Shown here in pieces: positions 28,450 through 38,759 of a DNA stretch of 64,000 bases. Location of the stretch: positions 1 through 64,000 of the forward strand of contig JBLWVX010000012.1 of assembly GCA_048268245.1 (NCBI GenBank). The letters are read 5' to 3'. How positions within the stretch are numbered: the first letter of the stretch is position 1; every line of letters starts with the position of its first letter. The notes below the pieces were generated by a model. The model worked only from the letters and a program-made list of their open reading frames with translations, was not told where the DNA came from and did no database searches. The DNA is from Arcobacteraceae bacterium (GTDB taxonomy: Bacteria; Campylobacterota; Campylobacteria; Campylobacterales; Arcobacteraceae). The position numbers were made by a program, and so were the translations under genes.

Positions 28450-29481
28450 CTAAAAATCGTCGAAGTCGATGCTTCCTTTCGAATAATTAACAACATTCCC
28501 TTCGAAGAAATTCGTTCTTTGGTCATTAAATGAAGCATAACCATCTACCCAAGGTATTGGGTGTTTTACATTGTATTCTGGTTTATATCCTACTGCTTCT
28601 AGTCTTCTATCTGCAAGATATTGGATATATTGAGTGATTATAGCGTCTGTGAACCCTAAAATCTGTCCTTGAGTGATATATGAACCCCAAGAAGCTTCAA
28701 GCTCTACAGCCTTTCTAAACATACTTCTTACAGTTTGTTCTAATTCAGGTGTAAATAAATCAGGTCTTTCTTTTCTTGTAGAATTAATCATGTTTTGGAA
28801 TAAAAGTAAATGAGTTACTTCATCTCTTTGAATAAATCTAATCATTTGAGAAGAACCAAGCATTTTTCCTGATTTTCCAAGTGCATACATAGCTGCAAAA
28901 CCTGCATAGAAATATAAACCTTCTAAAATTTGGTTAGCAAACATTGCAAGTAAGATTTTTTCATCTGTAATATCAGTTTCATCACCTGCTGTTAAGCTTT
29001 TATATACATCTGCAATATAGTTGTTCTTTTCTCTTAGTTTTGCATCTGTTTTCCACATATTATAAATTGCATCTGTGTTATCAGAAATAGACTCTACCAT
29101 AACAGCATATGATTTAGAGTGGTTTGCTTCTTCGTAAGCTTGTCTTGATAAACAAGCATTTACTTCAGGAGCTGTGATATATGGATTGATATTATCCATT
29201 AGATTATTTGTTTGCAATGAATCCATGAAAATTAGTTGTGATAAAACTAAATCATACATTCTTTTTTCAGGTGGAGTTAGGTATTTATAATCCTTTGCAT
29301 CACCTGTCATTTGAACTTCTTTAGGAAACCATGTATTTGCTTCCATTGTATCCCATAAGTTCAGTGCCCACTGGTACTTCATCTTTGTAAAGTTAATCAT
29401 ACCATCAGGGTTTCCCCCAAATATTCTTCTATCTGTTAGATTTTCGTTTGATTGTGGGTTATATATCGTTTTTCTATCCAT
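28450..29481 (-). CDS. nrdB: Class Ia ribonucleotide reductase beta subunit
   Basis: Di-iron ligands and radical Tyr: [28 protein letters not shown]. Confidence 0.96.
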   Translation of the reverse strand: MDRKTIYNPQSNENLTDRRIFGGNPDGMINFTKMKYQWALNLWDTMEANTWFPKEVQMTGDAKDYKYLTPPEKRMYDLVLSQLIFMDSLQTNNLMDNINPYITAPEVNACLSRQAYEEANHSKSYAVMVESISDNTDAIYNMWKTDAKLREKNNYIADVYKSLTAGDETDITDEKILLAMFANQILEGLYFYAGFAAMYALGKSGKMLGSSQMIRFIQRDEVTHLLLFQNMINSTRKERPDLFTPELEQTVRSMFRKAVELEASWGSYITQGQILGFTDAIITQYIQYLADRRLEAVGYKPEYNVKHPIPWVDGYASFNDQRTNFFEGNVVNYSKGSIDFDDF

Positions 29482-29548
29482 TAGGATTGTCCTCTAAGTT
29501 TTTAATATATTTTATTAATTTTTCGTATGGAAAAAGTGTAAGGTTATC

Positions 29549-31933
29549 TTATTGACAACCTGCACATTCCATACTTCTGTCTTCTACATCATTGTTAGCT
29601 TCAGGAGATTGACTTCTTAGGTAGTAAGTTGATTTAAGACCTAATTTCCAAGCTAGTGTATAAATTTCATGTAAGTATCTACCACTTGCTTTATCTAAAC
29701 TCATAAAGATATTTGTTGACTGCCCTTGATCAATCCATTTTTGTCTAATAGCTGCTGCTCTAATAACATTTAATTGATCAACTTCAAATGCTGGCGTATA
29801 GTAAGACCAAGTCTCAGGGCTTAGTTTTGGAACAACTACAGGAATTAATCCTGATAAGTTTTCTTCAAACCATTTTCTTTTATATACAGGCTCAATTGCT
29901 TGAGTAGTACCAACTAAAATAGAAATAGATGAAGTAGGTGCCACTGCCATAAGATAACCATTTCTTATACCATCTTTTTTAACTTTTTCTCTTAACTCTT
30001 CCCAGTTGTATGCAGAGTCAAATAAGTCTCTATTTACTAAAGCTTTTACAGCTTGAGGTGCATGGTCATGAGGCATAATACCTTCACTCCATTTAGAACC
30101 TTCAAAAGTAGGGTAAGTTCCTTTTTCAACTGCTAAATCAGATGATGATTTAATAGCATTATAAGAGATTGCTTCCATAACTTGGTCAATCTTCTTAAAG
30201 TGCTCTTCACTTCCCCATACAAGTTGTTGCTCTGCTAGCATTTGAGCTTCACCCATTACACCAAGACCAATTGATCTTGATTTTAAGTTAGTAGCTTTTA
30301 CTTTTCTTAATGGGTAGAAGTTTAAATCAATAACATTATCAAGCATTCTAACTGCAATTGGAACAACTCTTTCAATATCTTCTTTAGTATTGATTCTAGA
30401 TAAGTTTATAGAAGCTAAGTTACATACTGCTGTATCACCATCAGTTTTGTCTTTTTCTACAATAAATACTCTTTTTCCATCTATTGAATCAAGTGCTGTA
30501 ACTTTGTTTGCTTTCTTTTCAATTCCGCCATCAACAGTGATTAATTCATCTTCTTCATAAGTTTTAATAGTTCCGTCTTCAAACTCTAACTTAATTTTAT
30601 AGTGGTTAGGATTTGTATTTTGGAAAATCTCAGTACAAAGGTTAGAACTTCTAATATGACCTACATGTGAGTTTGGGTTTGCTTTATTTGCATTGTCTTT
30701 GAAACAAAGGAATGGAGAACCAGACTCAAAGTAAGAAGTAAGGATTTTTTTCCATAAATCTTTAGCTTTCATTCTATCTTTTGTGATATTTTCATCTCTT
30801 TCATACTCTTCATATCTAGCTCTAAATGCATCACCGTGAAGTTCAGATAAATCTTTTACTTCATAAGGGTCAAATAAAGTCCAGTAAGAGTCCTCTAAAA
30901 CTCTTTCCATAAATAAATCTGTAATCCATAAAGAAGGAAATAAATCGTGTGCTCTTCTTCTTTCTTCACCAGAGTTTTTCTTAAGGTCAATAAAATCAAC
31001 TATATCCATATGCCAAGGCTCAAGATATACAGCAATAGCACCTTTTCTTGTACCTAACTGATCAACTGCTAAAGCAACGTCATTTGTGATTTTAAGAAAT
31101 GGAACTGTTCCACCAGCAGCACTTTTATGGTCATCAATAACACCACCTAAAGCTCTTACTTGGTTCCAATCCCAACCAATACCACCACCATATTTAGATA
31201 ATAGTGCCATTTCATGGTAAGAATCAAAAATACCTTCAATATTATCAGGAGTAGAACCTATATAACATGAAGATAATTGGTGTCTATTTGTTCTAGCATT
31301 TGATAAAGTAGGAGTTGCAAGCATAACTTCAAACTTAGATACTACATCATAGAAGTCTTTAGCTGCTTGTTGTTTGTTATCTTCATCTTGGGCTAGGAAC
31401 ATAGCAATTGCCATAAACATTTGCTGTGGTAATTCAATAGGATTACCTTTTTTGTTTTTAATTAAATATCTATCGTATAAAGTTTTGATTCCAAGGTAAT
31501 TGAAAAGTAAATCTCTTGAAGGATCCATATAATTATTTAAATCATCTAGGTCGTATCCTTCACCTAGATTAGGGATAAGTCTTCCAGCATCTTTACCATA
31601 TTTTAGGTAATCTTTTAAATGGCAATAAGGCTCACCTTTGATACCATGAGTCTCTTTTCCAACTCTATGGTAAAGGTCAAATAAATAAAGTCTTGCTGCA
31701 GTAAATGTCCAATTTGGAACATCAATATCAATTTTTTCTACTGCTGTTTTAATTAGTGCATCTTGTACATCAGAACTCTTCATTCCATCTACAAATTTGA
31801 TTTGTGAATCAAGCTCTAATTCACTTTGAGATACTCCATCTAATCCTTCAGTTGCCTCAATAGTCATCTTTTGGATTTTAGTAATATCTAAAACCTCTTT
31901 ACGACCATTTCTTTTTTGAATCATAATTGCCAT
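29549..31933 (-). CDS. nrdA: Class Ia ribonucleotide reductase alpha subunit
   Basis: N-terminal ATP cone, ATPTL, LSSC, SNLCTEI, CNLAS and C-terminal CAGC. Confidence 0.97.
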   Translation of the reverse strand: MAIMIQKRNGRKEVLDITKIQKMTIEATEGLDGVSQSELELDSQIKFVDGMKSSDVQDALIKTAVEKIDIDVPNWTFTAARLYLFDLYHRVGKETHGIKGEPYCHLKDYLKYGKDAGRLIPNLGEGYDLDDLNNYMDPSRDLLFNYLGIKTLYDRYLIKNKKGNPIELPQQMFMAIAMFLAQDEDNKQQAAKDFYDVVSKFEVMLATPTLSNARTNRHQLSSCYIGSTPDNIEGIFDSYHEMALLSKYGGGIGWDWNQVRALGGVIDDHKSAAGGTVPFLKITNDVALAVDQLGTRKGAIAVYLEPWHMDIVDFIDLKKNSGEERRRAHDLFPSLWITDLFMERVLEDSYWTLFDPYEVKDLSELHGDAFRARYEEYERDENITKDRMKAKDLWKKILTSYFESGSPFLCFKDNANKANPNSHVGHIRSSNLCTEIFQNTNPNHYKIKLEFEDGTIKTYEEDELITVDGGIEKKANKVTALDSIDGKRVFIVEKDKTDGDTAVCNLASINLSRINTKEDIERVVPIAVRMLDNVIDLNFYPLRKVKATNLKSRSIGLGVMGEAQMLAEQQLVWGSEEHFKKIDQVMEAISYNAIKSSSDLAVEKGTYPTFEGSKWSEGIMPHDHAPQAVKALVNRDLFDSAYNWEELREKVKKDGIRNGYLMAVAPTSSISILVGTTQAIEPVYKRKWFEENLSGLIPVVVPKLSPETWSYYTPAFEVDQLNVIRAAAIRQKWIDQGQSTNIFMSLDKASGRYLHEIYTLAWKLGLKSTYYLRSQSPEANNDVEDRSMECAGCQ

Positions 31934-31987
31934 TTTAATTACCTTGTTTGTATTTTTATCAATTTTTATTTAAGTTAAAGAGTATTC

Positions 31988-33316
31988 TTATTTGAATACT
32001 CTTTTGAAGATTGCATCAACGTTTTTAGTATAGTAATCGTAGTTGAAACACTCTCTGATTTGTTCTTCGCTTAATTTAGCTCTTAAATCTTTGTCTGATA
32101 ATAAGTGTCCTAAGTATAAAGACTCACCTTTTTTGTTTACTGTTGGCTTACCTTCTTTAATCTCAGCCCATACTTTCATAGCATTTCTTTGAACAATTTT
32201 ATATGCGTCTTCTCTACTTACACCTTGAAGTGGTAACTCAAGTAATACTCGCTGGCTGAATACTAATCCACCAGTTTGGTTTAAATTTTTCATCATGTTT
32301 TCTGGCATTACAGTTAAGTTTGCAATTACATTGTTCATTCTATGTAACATAAAATCAGTAGTAATAAATGCATCTGGTAACCAGAATCTTTCACTTGAAG
32401 AGTGAGAGATATCTCTTTCATGCCATAAAGCAACGTTTTCCATAGCTGGAATTGCATGAGCTCTAATAGATCTTGCAAGTCCTGTAATATTTTCAGTTAA
32501 AATAGGGTTTCTTTTGTGAGGCATTGCTGAAGATCCTTTTTGACCTTTTGCAAAGAACTCTTCTGCTTCATAAACTTCTGTTCTTTGTAAGTGTCTTACT
32601 TGAACAGCAAATTTTTCAATAGTTGAAGCCATAGATGCTAAAGCAGTCGCTAATCTAGCATATCTATCTCTATGTACAACTTGATTTGAACAAGGTTCTG
32701 GTTTTAAACCTAATTCTTTCATTGCATACTCTTCTAACTCTAAAGGAGCGTGAGCAAAGTTACCCATAGCACCAGAGATTTGACCTACAGAGATAACTTT
32801 TAGAGTCTCTTTTAAGTTTTTAAGATGTCTTTTCATTTCATCATACCAAACAGCTAAAGTAAGACCAAATGTAATAGGCTCACCATGAATACCATGAGAT
32901 CTTCCTACCATTAAAGTATATTTATGCTCTTTAGCTCTTTTTTTGATAGATTTCATAAGCATTTTTACATCTTTGATAACTAGTTTTAGTGAGTCTCTCA
33001 TTTGTAAAGCAACACCTGTATCAACTGCATCAGATGAAGTCATACCATAGTGGAACCATCTTGATTCTTTTCCTAAAGACTCTGAAACGCTTGTATTAAA
33101 TGCTATTAAGTCATGTTTAGTAATTGCTTCAATCTCTTCAATTCTCTCTACTGAGAAAGTTGCGTTTTTTACAATCTTTTCACAATCTTTATCAGGAATA
33201 AGTCCTAATTTGTTCCAAGCTTTTACAGCTGCTTTTTCAACTTCAAGCCATGCTGCATATCTTGCATGTTGTGTCCAATGTTTTGCCATTTCTTCTCTTG
33301 CATATCTTTCAACCAT
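31988..33316 (-). CDS. purB: Adenylosuccinate lyase
   Basis: MVERY, HYGMTSSD, GRSHGIH and GSSAMPHKRNP. Confidence 0.97.
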   Translation of the reverse strand: MVERYAREEMAKHWTQHARYAAWLEVEKAAVKAWNKLGLIPDKDCEKIVKNATFSVERIEEIEAITKHDLIAFNTSVSESLGKESRWFHYGMTSSDAVDTGVALQMRDSLKLVIKDVKMLMKSIKKRAKEHKYTLMVGRSHGIHGEPITFGLTLAVWYDEMKRHLKNLKETLKVISVGQISGAMGNFAHAPLELEEYAMKELGLKPEPCSNQVVHRDRYARLATALASMASTIEKFAVQVRHLQRTEVYEAEEFFAKGQKGSSAMPHKRNPILTENITGLARSIRAHAIPAMENVALWHERDISHSSSERFWLPDAFITTDFMLHRMNNVIANLTVMPENMMKNLNQTGGLVFSQRVLLELPLQGVSREDAYKIVQRNAMKVWAEIKEGKPTVNKKGESLYLGHLLSDKDLRAKLSEEQIRECFNYDYYTKNVDAIFKRVFK

Positions 33317-33497
33317 CTACAAATCCCCTATTATCTGTGTTTTCAAATTTTATTACATTTTTCTTATAATTTATGTATGATATGTTATCTAAAAAAGTCA
33401 AAAATTTTGATTAAATAAGATGAAAATTTTAACTAAAAAATATAAAAGAATTAAATAAGACAAAAATTGCCCTATTTAATTGTTTCAGGAAGACAAT

Positions 33498-34394
33498 TTG
33501 CCATTTATTTTAAAGAAAATAAAAGCCGAAAAAGGTAAAAAATTAAGCCTTTTTCTGCTACAAAATTTAACAATACACCACACAAAAGCCCAGAAATACG
33601 CATCTAGAGGTCGTGTATTTGATGAAAACATGAATGTATTAAAACCAAAAGATATAATTGATACAGATTATATATACATGGCTGTTTTTGAGGGTGCTAC
33701 AAGGGGTTTAAAGCCTCTAATTGAGTTTGAAAACTTTGCCATTTTTGATAAGCCAACTAACCTTATGGTTCACCCAATTTCTAAGAACACTAAATATTCA
33801 TTGTTAGATGAAATAAGATACCATTTTGGAGAAAATGCAAACTTAATTCATAGAATTGATGCAGAAACATCAGGACTTGTAATTGTAGGAAAAAACAAGA
33901 AATCTGAAAAACAATTAAAAGATATGTTTGAAACTAAAGAGTATCATAAATCTTATCTTGCAATAGTGGAGGGTGAAATTGATAAGGAAGTAACTATTGA
34001 TAGTAAACTTCAAAAAGAGGGTAAAAATATTGGTGTTAGAATGAGTGCAGGAGATGAAGGAAAAGAGTCATGTACTATTATAAAACCAATAAAATATAAC
34101 AAAGAGAAAAATTTAACTTTAGTAGAAGCTCAACCAATTACTGGAAGACAACATCAAATAAGAGTTCATTTATACTCAATAGGACACAGAATCATAGGTG
34201 ACCCTATATATGGAGTTGATGATGATATTGCAGAAGGCTATTTAAATAAAACTTTAGAGCAAAGCATAAGAGAAAAAGAAACAAAAGGCTCAAGACTTTG
34301 GCTTCATGCGAACTATTTAGAGTTTACTTTCCAAGGGGTGGTTTATAAAGTTTTCTCTAAAAATAGAGATATTATAGATGAATTTAACTCTTAA
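33498..34394 (+). CDS. RluA-family pseudouridine synthase
   Basis: HRIDAETSG, TGRQHQIRVH and GDPIYG. TTG start chosen after a GGA RBS. Confidence 0.93.
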   Translation: MPFILKKIKAEKGKKLSLFLLQNLTIHHTKAQKYASRGRVFDENMNVLKPKDIIDTDYIYMAVFEGATRGLKPLIEFENFAIFDKPTNLMVHPISKNTKYSLLDEIRYHFGENANLIHRIDAETSGLVIVGKNKKSEKQLKDMFETKEYHKSYLAIVEGEIDKEVTIDSKLQKEGKNIGVRMSAGDEGKESCTIIKPIKYNKEKNLTLVEAQPITGRQHQIRVHLYSIGHRIIGDPIYGVDDDIAEGYLNKTLEQSIREKETKGSRLWLHANYLEFTFQGVVYKVFSKNRDIIDEFNS

Positions 34395-34798
34395 ATTAAA
34401 AGTGCTATAAAAGCATACCTTGAAAACTTAGCAATAACTACAAGAAAAATAAAGAGTTTTAAATTAAATTTTAAAACTCCTGCTATGAAAGTAATAGGGT
34501 CACCTATTATTGGAACCCATGAAAATAGAATACACCAAGCCCCATACTTGTCAAAATATTTTTTTGTACTTAAAACTCTTTTTTCATTTAAAAGCCTTTT
34601 TCTTACTAAAAACTCTTCCCCTTTTAAACCTAAAAAATAGTTTATTATAGAACCAAGCGAGTTTCCTAATGTTGCGAAAAAAAGTAGTAAATAAAGGTTA
34701 TATCCCTCTTTTATATCATAAATTAGTAAAGCTTCACTTCCAAAAGGAATAAGAGTTGCAGATACTAAAGCTGATATAAAAAGAGTTAAATAAACCAT
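34391..34798 (-). CDS. YqaA/DedA (SNARE-associated) membrane protein
   Basis: SATLIPFGSE, GNSLGS and SWVPIIGDP. Confidence 0.9.
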   Translation of the reverse strand: MVYLTLFISALVSATLIPFGSEALLIYDIKEGYNLYLLLFFATLGNSLGSIINYFLGLKGEEFLVRKRLLNEKRVLSTKKYFDKYGAWCILFSWVPIIGDPITFIAGVLKFNLKLFIFLVVIAKFSRYAFIALLI

Positions 34799-35712
34799 TA
34801 GACTTTTTTCTTCCTTCTTATTTTAGGCATTTTCATAGGTGGCATTTGAGATAAAATAACCCCAACTAAAATTACAGCAGAAGCCGTAAGTTCAAAGGAA
34901 GTCAATTCTTCTCCTAAAATTATATATGCAAGTATTAATGTAAATATAGGAATTAAATTTACAAAAACTGCAGTTTTTGAGGCCTCTACTTTTGTTAAGG
35001 CAAAATTATATAAACCATAACCACCTAAAGTAACAACTACACCTAAATATATAGTCCAACTCAAAGCCTCAACAGAGAATACCATAGGAGTATTAAAATA
35101 CTCGTAAACAAAGAAAGGAAAGAAAAATATTGCACCTATAAAAGCCTGAATAGCAGTAATAAATAAGGCTGAAAATTTATGTGTTAAATATCGTGCAACA
35201 ATAGTATACCCAGCAGCACAACTCATAGCTAGTAATTCTAAAAAATTACCTAATAATGGATTTGGAGCTGATACAGAAGTAGTTGCATTTACACTTAAAC
35301 TAATAACTCCTATCATTGCTAAAGCTGAACCTAAAATAAGCTTTCTTGTAATAATTTCTTTTAAGAAATATCCAGCTGCCATAGCAGTAATTAAAGGCAT
35401 TAATGATGCAATCATACCAGCTTGAGAAGCAGATGTAAGCTGTAAAGCCTTTGCTTCAAAAATGAAATATAAACAAGGCTCAAAAATAGCCAATAATAGA
35501 ATAAACTTAATATCTTTTTTTGTAAAATCATACTTCAAAAAGCTTTTTATGAAGTAAACAAAGCATAAGGAAGCTGCAAGCATTCTAATGAAGATTACAG
35601 TAAAAGGTGCTAGGTCATCCATAGCAGCTTTTAATGCAATAAAAGAACTTCCCCAAATAAACATCGCAAAAACAAGCGATAAAATACCAATTAAATTAAA
35701 ATTTTTTGTCAT
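34798..35712 (-). CDS. DMT/EamA family transporter
   Basis: Two EamA repeats: IWGSSF...LKE and ...NLIP...LGE. Confidence 0.92.
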   Translation of the reverse strand: MTKNFNLIGILSLVFAMFIWGSSFIALKAAMDDLAPFTVIFIRMLAASLCFVYFIKSFLKYDFTKKDIKFILLLAIFEPCLYFIFEAKALQLTSASQAGMIASLMPLITAMAAGYFLKEIITRKLILGSALAMIGVISLSVNATTSVSAPNPLLGNFLELLAMSCAAGYTIVARYLTHKFSALFITAIQAFIGAIFFFPFFVYEYFNTPMVFSVEALSWTIYLGVVVTLGGYGLYNFALTKVEASKTAVFVNLIPIFTLILAYIILGEELTSFELTASAVILVGVILSQMPPMKMPKIRRKKKV

Positions 35713-35852
35713 TTTTTATACTTTTTATATGAAATTTTTTGAAATTATATCCGATATTCCAAATAAAAAAATTAATTTATAAAAAGTTAAAGTTAATTTT
35801 AGTATAATTTCGTTTCATAAAGAGGAACACTGAGAATATTTTTAATATTTTG

Positions 35853-35963
35853 AGTGCTCTTCTTTAGACCCTTACAATCATTATGTTGAGATAACGCCCC
35901 AGGATGGGAACATAGCAAGGCACCTCTCTTAGTGGTGTGTTTGGGTATCTGGAGAAGAGTACT
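35853..35963 (+). ncRNA. ffs: Signal recognition particle (4.5S) RNA
   Basis: Long hairpin with apex CCAGG-ATG-GGAA-CAT-AGCAA (GGAA tetraloop and CAGG/AGCA symmetric loop of SRP helix 8); TATAAT at 35803-08. Ends approximate. Confidence 0.9.
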
Positions 35964-35985
35964 TTTTTAAAGTACTCTTTTTTTT
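35955..35985 (+). terminator. Intrinsic terminator of ffs
   Basis: AAGAGTACTTTT-TT-AAAAGTACTCTT followed by a T-run. Confidence 0.8.
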
Positions 35986-36025
35986 GCACTATTAAAAAAT
36001 CTTATAACAGCTTTTTTTACTAAAT

Positions 36026-36688
36026 TTACACTAAATCTTGAAAATCTGATTTTAAAATTAGAAGTTTTTTATCTCTTTTATTATAAATAAACCTATTGTC
36101 ACCATCCTGAATAGCTTTAAATATTATAATTTTTATCTCTTTTTGAGTTTTATTATATTTTTTCATAAGAACTGAAAACTCTTGTAAAGTCATTAAGTTC
36201 AAATCTTTTTTTTCAAAATTATCATTTGCACTGTTTTTAGCTTGATTATCTCGAAGATTTGTTAATTGAGCTGGTTGATTTTTATAAATAGTTCTCATTT
36301 CATTAAAAGCACTTTGAAGTAGCTTTATTTCTGAGTTAAATACCTTAATTATTCTTTTTTGATTTTTTTCTAATCTAATTATCTCTGATCTATACTGCTT
36401 TTTCATCCATTTCATAGAGTCTTTTAAAAGAAGTATTTGTTCATTTTTTACTTCAATAATAGATTGTATATGCTCTTCATTTTCTTTTTGAGTATTTGTA
36501 GTTTTGACTGCCTCAACATTTACTTTGTTTATTGAAGCAGCTTTTTCCATTTCATCAGTGATATAAACATACGTTCTACCTGATTTTTTGATAGATTTTA
36601 ATTGTTCTTTTTTAATTCTATAGTGTACACCTTGTAAAGAAAGACCCAAAATTTGGGCAGCTTGTGAGGTAGTAACTAATCTTTCCAA
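36026..36688 (-). CDS. HTH DNA-binding protein with central coiled coil
   Basis: VTTSQAAQILGLSLQGVHYRIK (HTH_17/MerR-like), then a heptad-rich helical region. Confidence 0.8.
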   Translation of the reverse strand: MERLVTTSQAAQILGLSLQGVHYRIKKEQLKSIKKSGRTYVYITDEMEKAASINKVNVEAVKTTNTQKENEEHIQSIIEVKNEQILLLKDSMKWMKKQYRSEIIRLEKNQKRIIKVFNSEIKLLQSAFNEMRTIYKNQPAQLTNLRDNQAKNSANDNFEKKDLNLMTLQEFSVLMKKYNKTQKEIKIIIFKAIQDGDNRFIYNKRDKKLLILKSDFQDLV

Positions 36689-36699
36689 GGTTTTAGTCC

Positions 36700-37083
36700 T
36701 TACATTTTTGCACTGTCAATTTCGATAACTGTATGTACATTTCCTCTTGGTTTAAAATCTGCAATAACTTTCATCCATTTTGGCTCTAATTTTTCATATA
36801 ATGTATCAAAAATTTCATTTGCTGAGTTTTCATGAGAAACTTCTCTATACATAAATGTATTAATATAAATTTTTAAAGCTTTTAATTCTATAACTTTCTT
36901 ATTTGGAGTATACTGAATTTTAATTGTTGCAAAATCAGGGTACCCACTTCTAGGACATTTAGCCATAAACTCTGGTAATTCAATATCTATAATATAGTTT
37001 TTATCATTTGTATTTGGCCAGAAATTCTCTTCATTGTTAATATCAAATTCAACAATTTCTTTTTCACCATATTTCATTTCCAT
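36700..37083 (-). CDS. queF: NADPH-dependent 7-cyano-7-deazaguanine reductase
   Basis: PEFMAKCPRSGYPDFA, ELKALKIY, SHE and PRG. Start approximate. Confidence 0.95.
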   Translation of the reverse strand: MEMKYGEKEIVEFDINNEENFWPNTNDKNYIIDIELPEFMAKCPRSGYPDFATIKIQYTPNKKVIELKALKIYINTFMYREVSHENSANEIFDTLYEKLEPKWMKVIADFKPRGNVHTVIEIDSAKM

Positions 37084-37226
37084 ATCTTTTATAACCTTTA
37101 TAATAATTAATTTAAGCAAATTTTATCAAAATCTTACTTACAAATGTTACTAATTGAAAAAAAACATGAATTTAAGTATAATCGCTATACTCATGCTATA
37201 AAAATATAAAAATAAAAGAAGGTAAT

Positions 37227-38243
37227 ATGGAACAAAAAATATATGATATTGTAATTATTGGTGGAGGTCCTGGTGGTATTGGTACTGCCATTGAAGCTTC
37301 AGCGCATAAAGTCGGAGATATATTACTAATAGAGAAAACAGATAATCACTCAAATACTATTAGAAAATTTTATAAAGACAATAAAAGAGTAGATAAAGAT
37401 TATAAAGGTCAAGTAACGCAACTTCAAGGAAATGTTGATTTTTATGATGGAACAAAAGAAACAACACTCGATTACTTTGATGATTTATTAGATAGCGAAA
37501 AAATTGACTCAATGTTTAATACAGAAGTTGAAAAAATTGTAAGAGAAAGTGATGATTTATTATATATTCATACATCTTCTGGATTAATAAAGTCTAGAAA
37601 TGCAGTAATTTCTATTGGAAAAATGGGTAAACCTAATAAACCATCATACAAAATTCCACCCTCAATCAAAGCAAACGTTAATTTTAACCTTGATAAATGT
37701 TCTTCAAATGAGAAAATTTTAGTTGTTGGTGGTGGTAACTCTGCTGCTGAATATGCATATGATTTAGCTGATCAAAACAACAACGTTACTATGGTTTATA
37801 GAAAGCCAGAGTTTTCAAGATTAAATGAAACTAATGAAGAAATCTTATATAGATACCATGGTGAAGAAAAATTAAGACTTAGAATGAATACTGATATTGA
37901 GTCATTAGAAAATGATTCAGGAAAAGTAAAAGTAAATTTTAATGATGGATTCTCGGTTATCTATGATAGAGTTATTTATGCAATCGGTGGAACAACTCCT
38001 GTTGACTTCTTAAAATCATGTGGTGTAGAAGTAAATGAAAATAATCAACCAATTTTTGATGAACATCAAGAAACTTCTGCAAAATGTGTTTATGTAGCTG
38101 GTGATATTGCATTTAAATCAGGTGGATCTATTGCCATTGCTTTAAATCATGGATACCATATTGTAAATAACATTATTAGAAAAAGAGGAAGAATCTTCTC
38201 TCACACTGAAAAAGTAGCTAGCGTTTTAAACCCAGCAAACTAA
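37227..38243 (+). CDS. Thioredoxin-reductase-like FAD/NAD(P) oxidoreductase (no CxxC)
   Basis: GGGPGG, VVGGGNSA and YVAGD motifs. Confidence 0.85.
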   Translation: MEQKIYDIVIIGGGPGGIGTAIEASAHKVGDILLIEKTDNHSNTIRKFYKDNKRVDKDYKGQVTQLQGNVDFYDGTKETTLDYFDDLLDSEKIDSMFNTEVEKIVRESDDLLYIHTSSGLIKSRNAVISIGKMGKPNKPSYKIPPSIKANVNFNLDKCSSNEKILVVGGGNSAAEYAYDLADQNNNVTMVYRKPEFSRLNETNEEILYRYHGEEKLRLRMNTDIESLENDSGKVKVNFNDGFSVIYDRVIYAIGGTTPVDFLKSCGVEVNENNQPIFDEHQETSAKCVYVAGDIAFKSGGSIAIALNHGYHIVNNIIRKRGRIFSHTEKVASVLNPAN

Positions 38244-38247
38244 TTTT

Positions 38248-38273
38248 AGATAAAACACTTAGGTGTTTTATCT
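38248..38273 (+). terminator. Hairpin terminator
   Basis: AGATAAAACAC-TTAG-GTGTTTTATCT. Confidence 0.7.
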
Positions 38274-38274
38274 C

Positions 38275-38411
38275 TCACAACAAAATGCCTTAATTGCAAC
38301 TCAAGCACATTATGCTGTGGAACAAACTGACCAAATGACAAAACTAGTGCTTAGCAGTGCTAATGAAAAAACTTTCATGGAAAAAATGAAGTAAAAGCTA
38401 AAGAGTTTTAA
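38275..38411 (+). pseudogene. 3' remnant of an MCP gene
   Basis: SQQNALIATQAHYAVEQTDQMTKLVLSSANEKTF, then frameshifted GKNEVKAKEF*. Matches the TQEN..IAT...KFEGK tail of the MCP at 23418-24677. Confidence 0.65.
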
Positions 38412-38418
38412 AAACTCT

Positions 38419-38640
38419 TTAGCTAGCAAAGTAATTTGTTAAATGAATACAATCTTTACAATTTAAACCTTTTTCATCTTTATTACAAGTAACACAAGGT
38501 CTTGGCTTATCAAATTCTCTTTTTTCTTTAACATTAGGATAAATTGAAGCTACATAAGAAATATTTTTAACTGGATCATACAATAGTTTATTTAATACTT
38601 CATCATATAAATTTTGATTTCTTAGATATATTGTAAAACT
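38419..38640 (-). pseudogene. Start-less frame (or 54-aa TTG ORF from 38583) with CxxC-x8-CxxC motif
   Basis: 73 open codons ending ...PRPCVTCNKDEKGLNCKDCIHLTNYFAS*; in-frame stop just upstream and no clear RBS. Confidence 0.45.
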
Positions 38641-38759
38641 TTAGTATTTTTTAAAATTTTTAAATTTAAGTATTATTTTTGGAAAAAGTTGAAAATAAAA
38701 GATAGAAAATAGTATATCAAAAGAGTAAAAAAACTTATAGTAACTAGTTATATAACAAT

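Noticed and set aside
30440..30610. Possible intein in nrdA (insert HYKIKLEF...VFIVEK between catalytic motifs)
   Set aside because: Only about 55 aa, with no N-terminal Cys/Ser or C-terminal His-Asn splice motifs; better explained as a lineage-specific loop.
35821..35985. 6S RNA or riboswitch upstream of the DMT transporter
   Set aside because: The apical GGAA tetraloop with CAGG/AGCA internal loop identifies SRP RNA.
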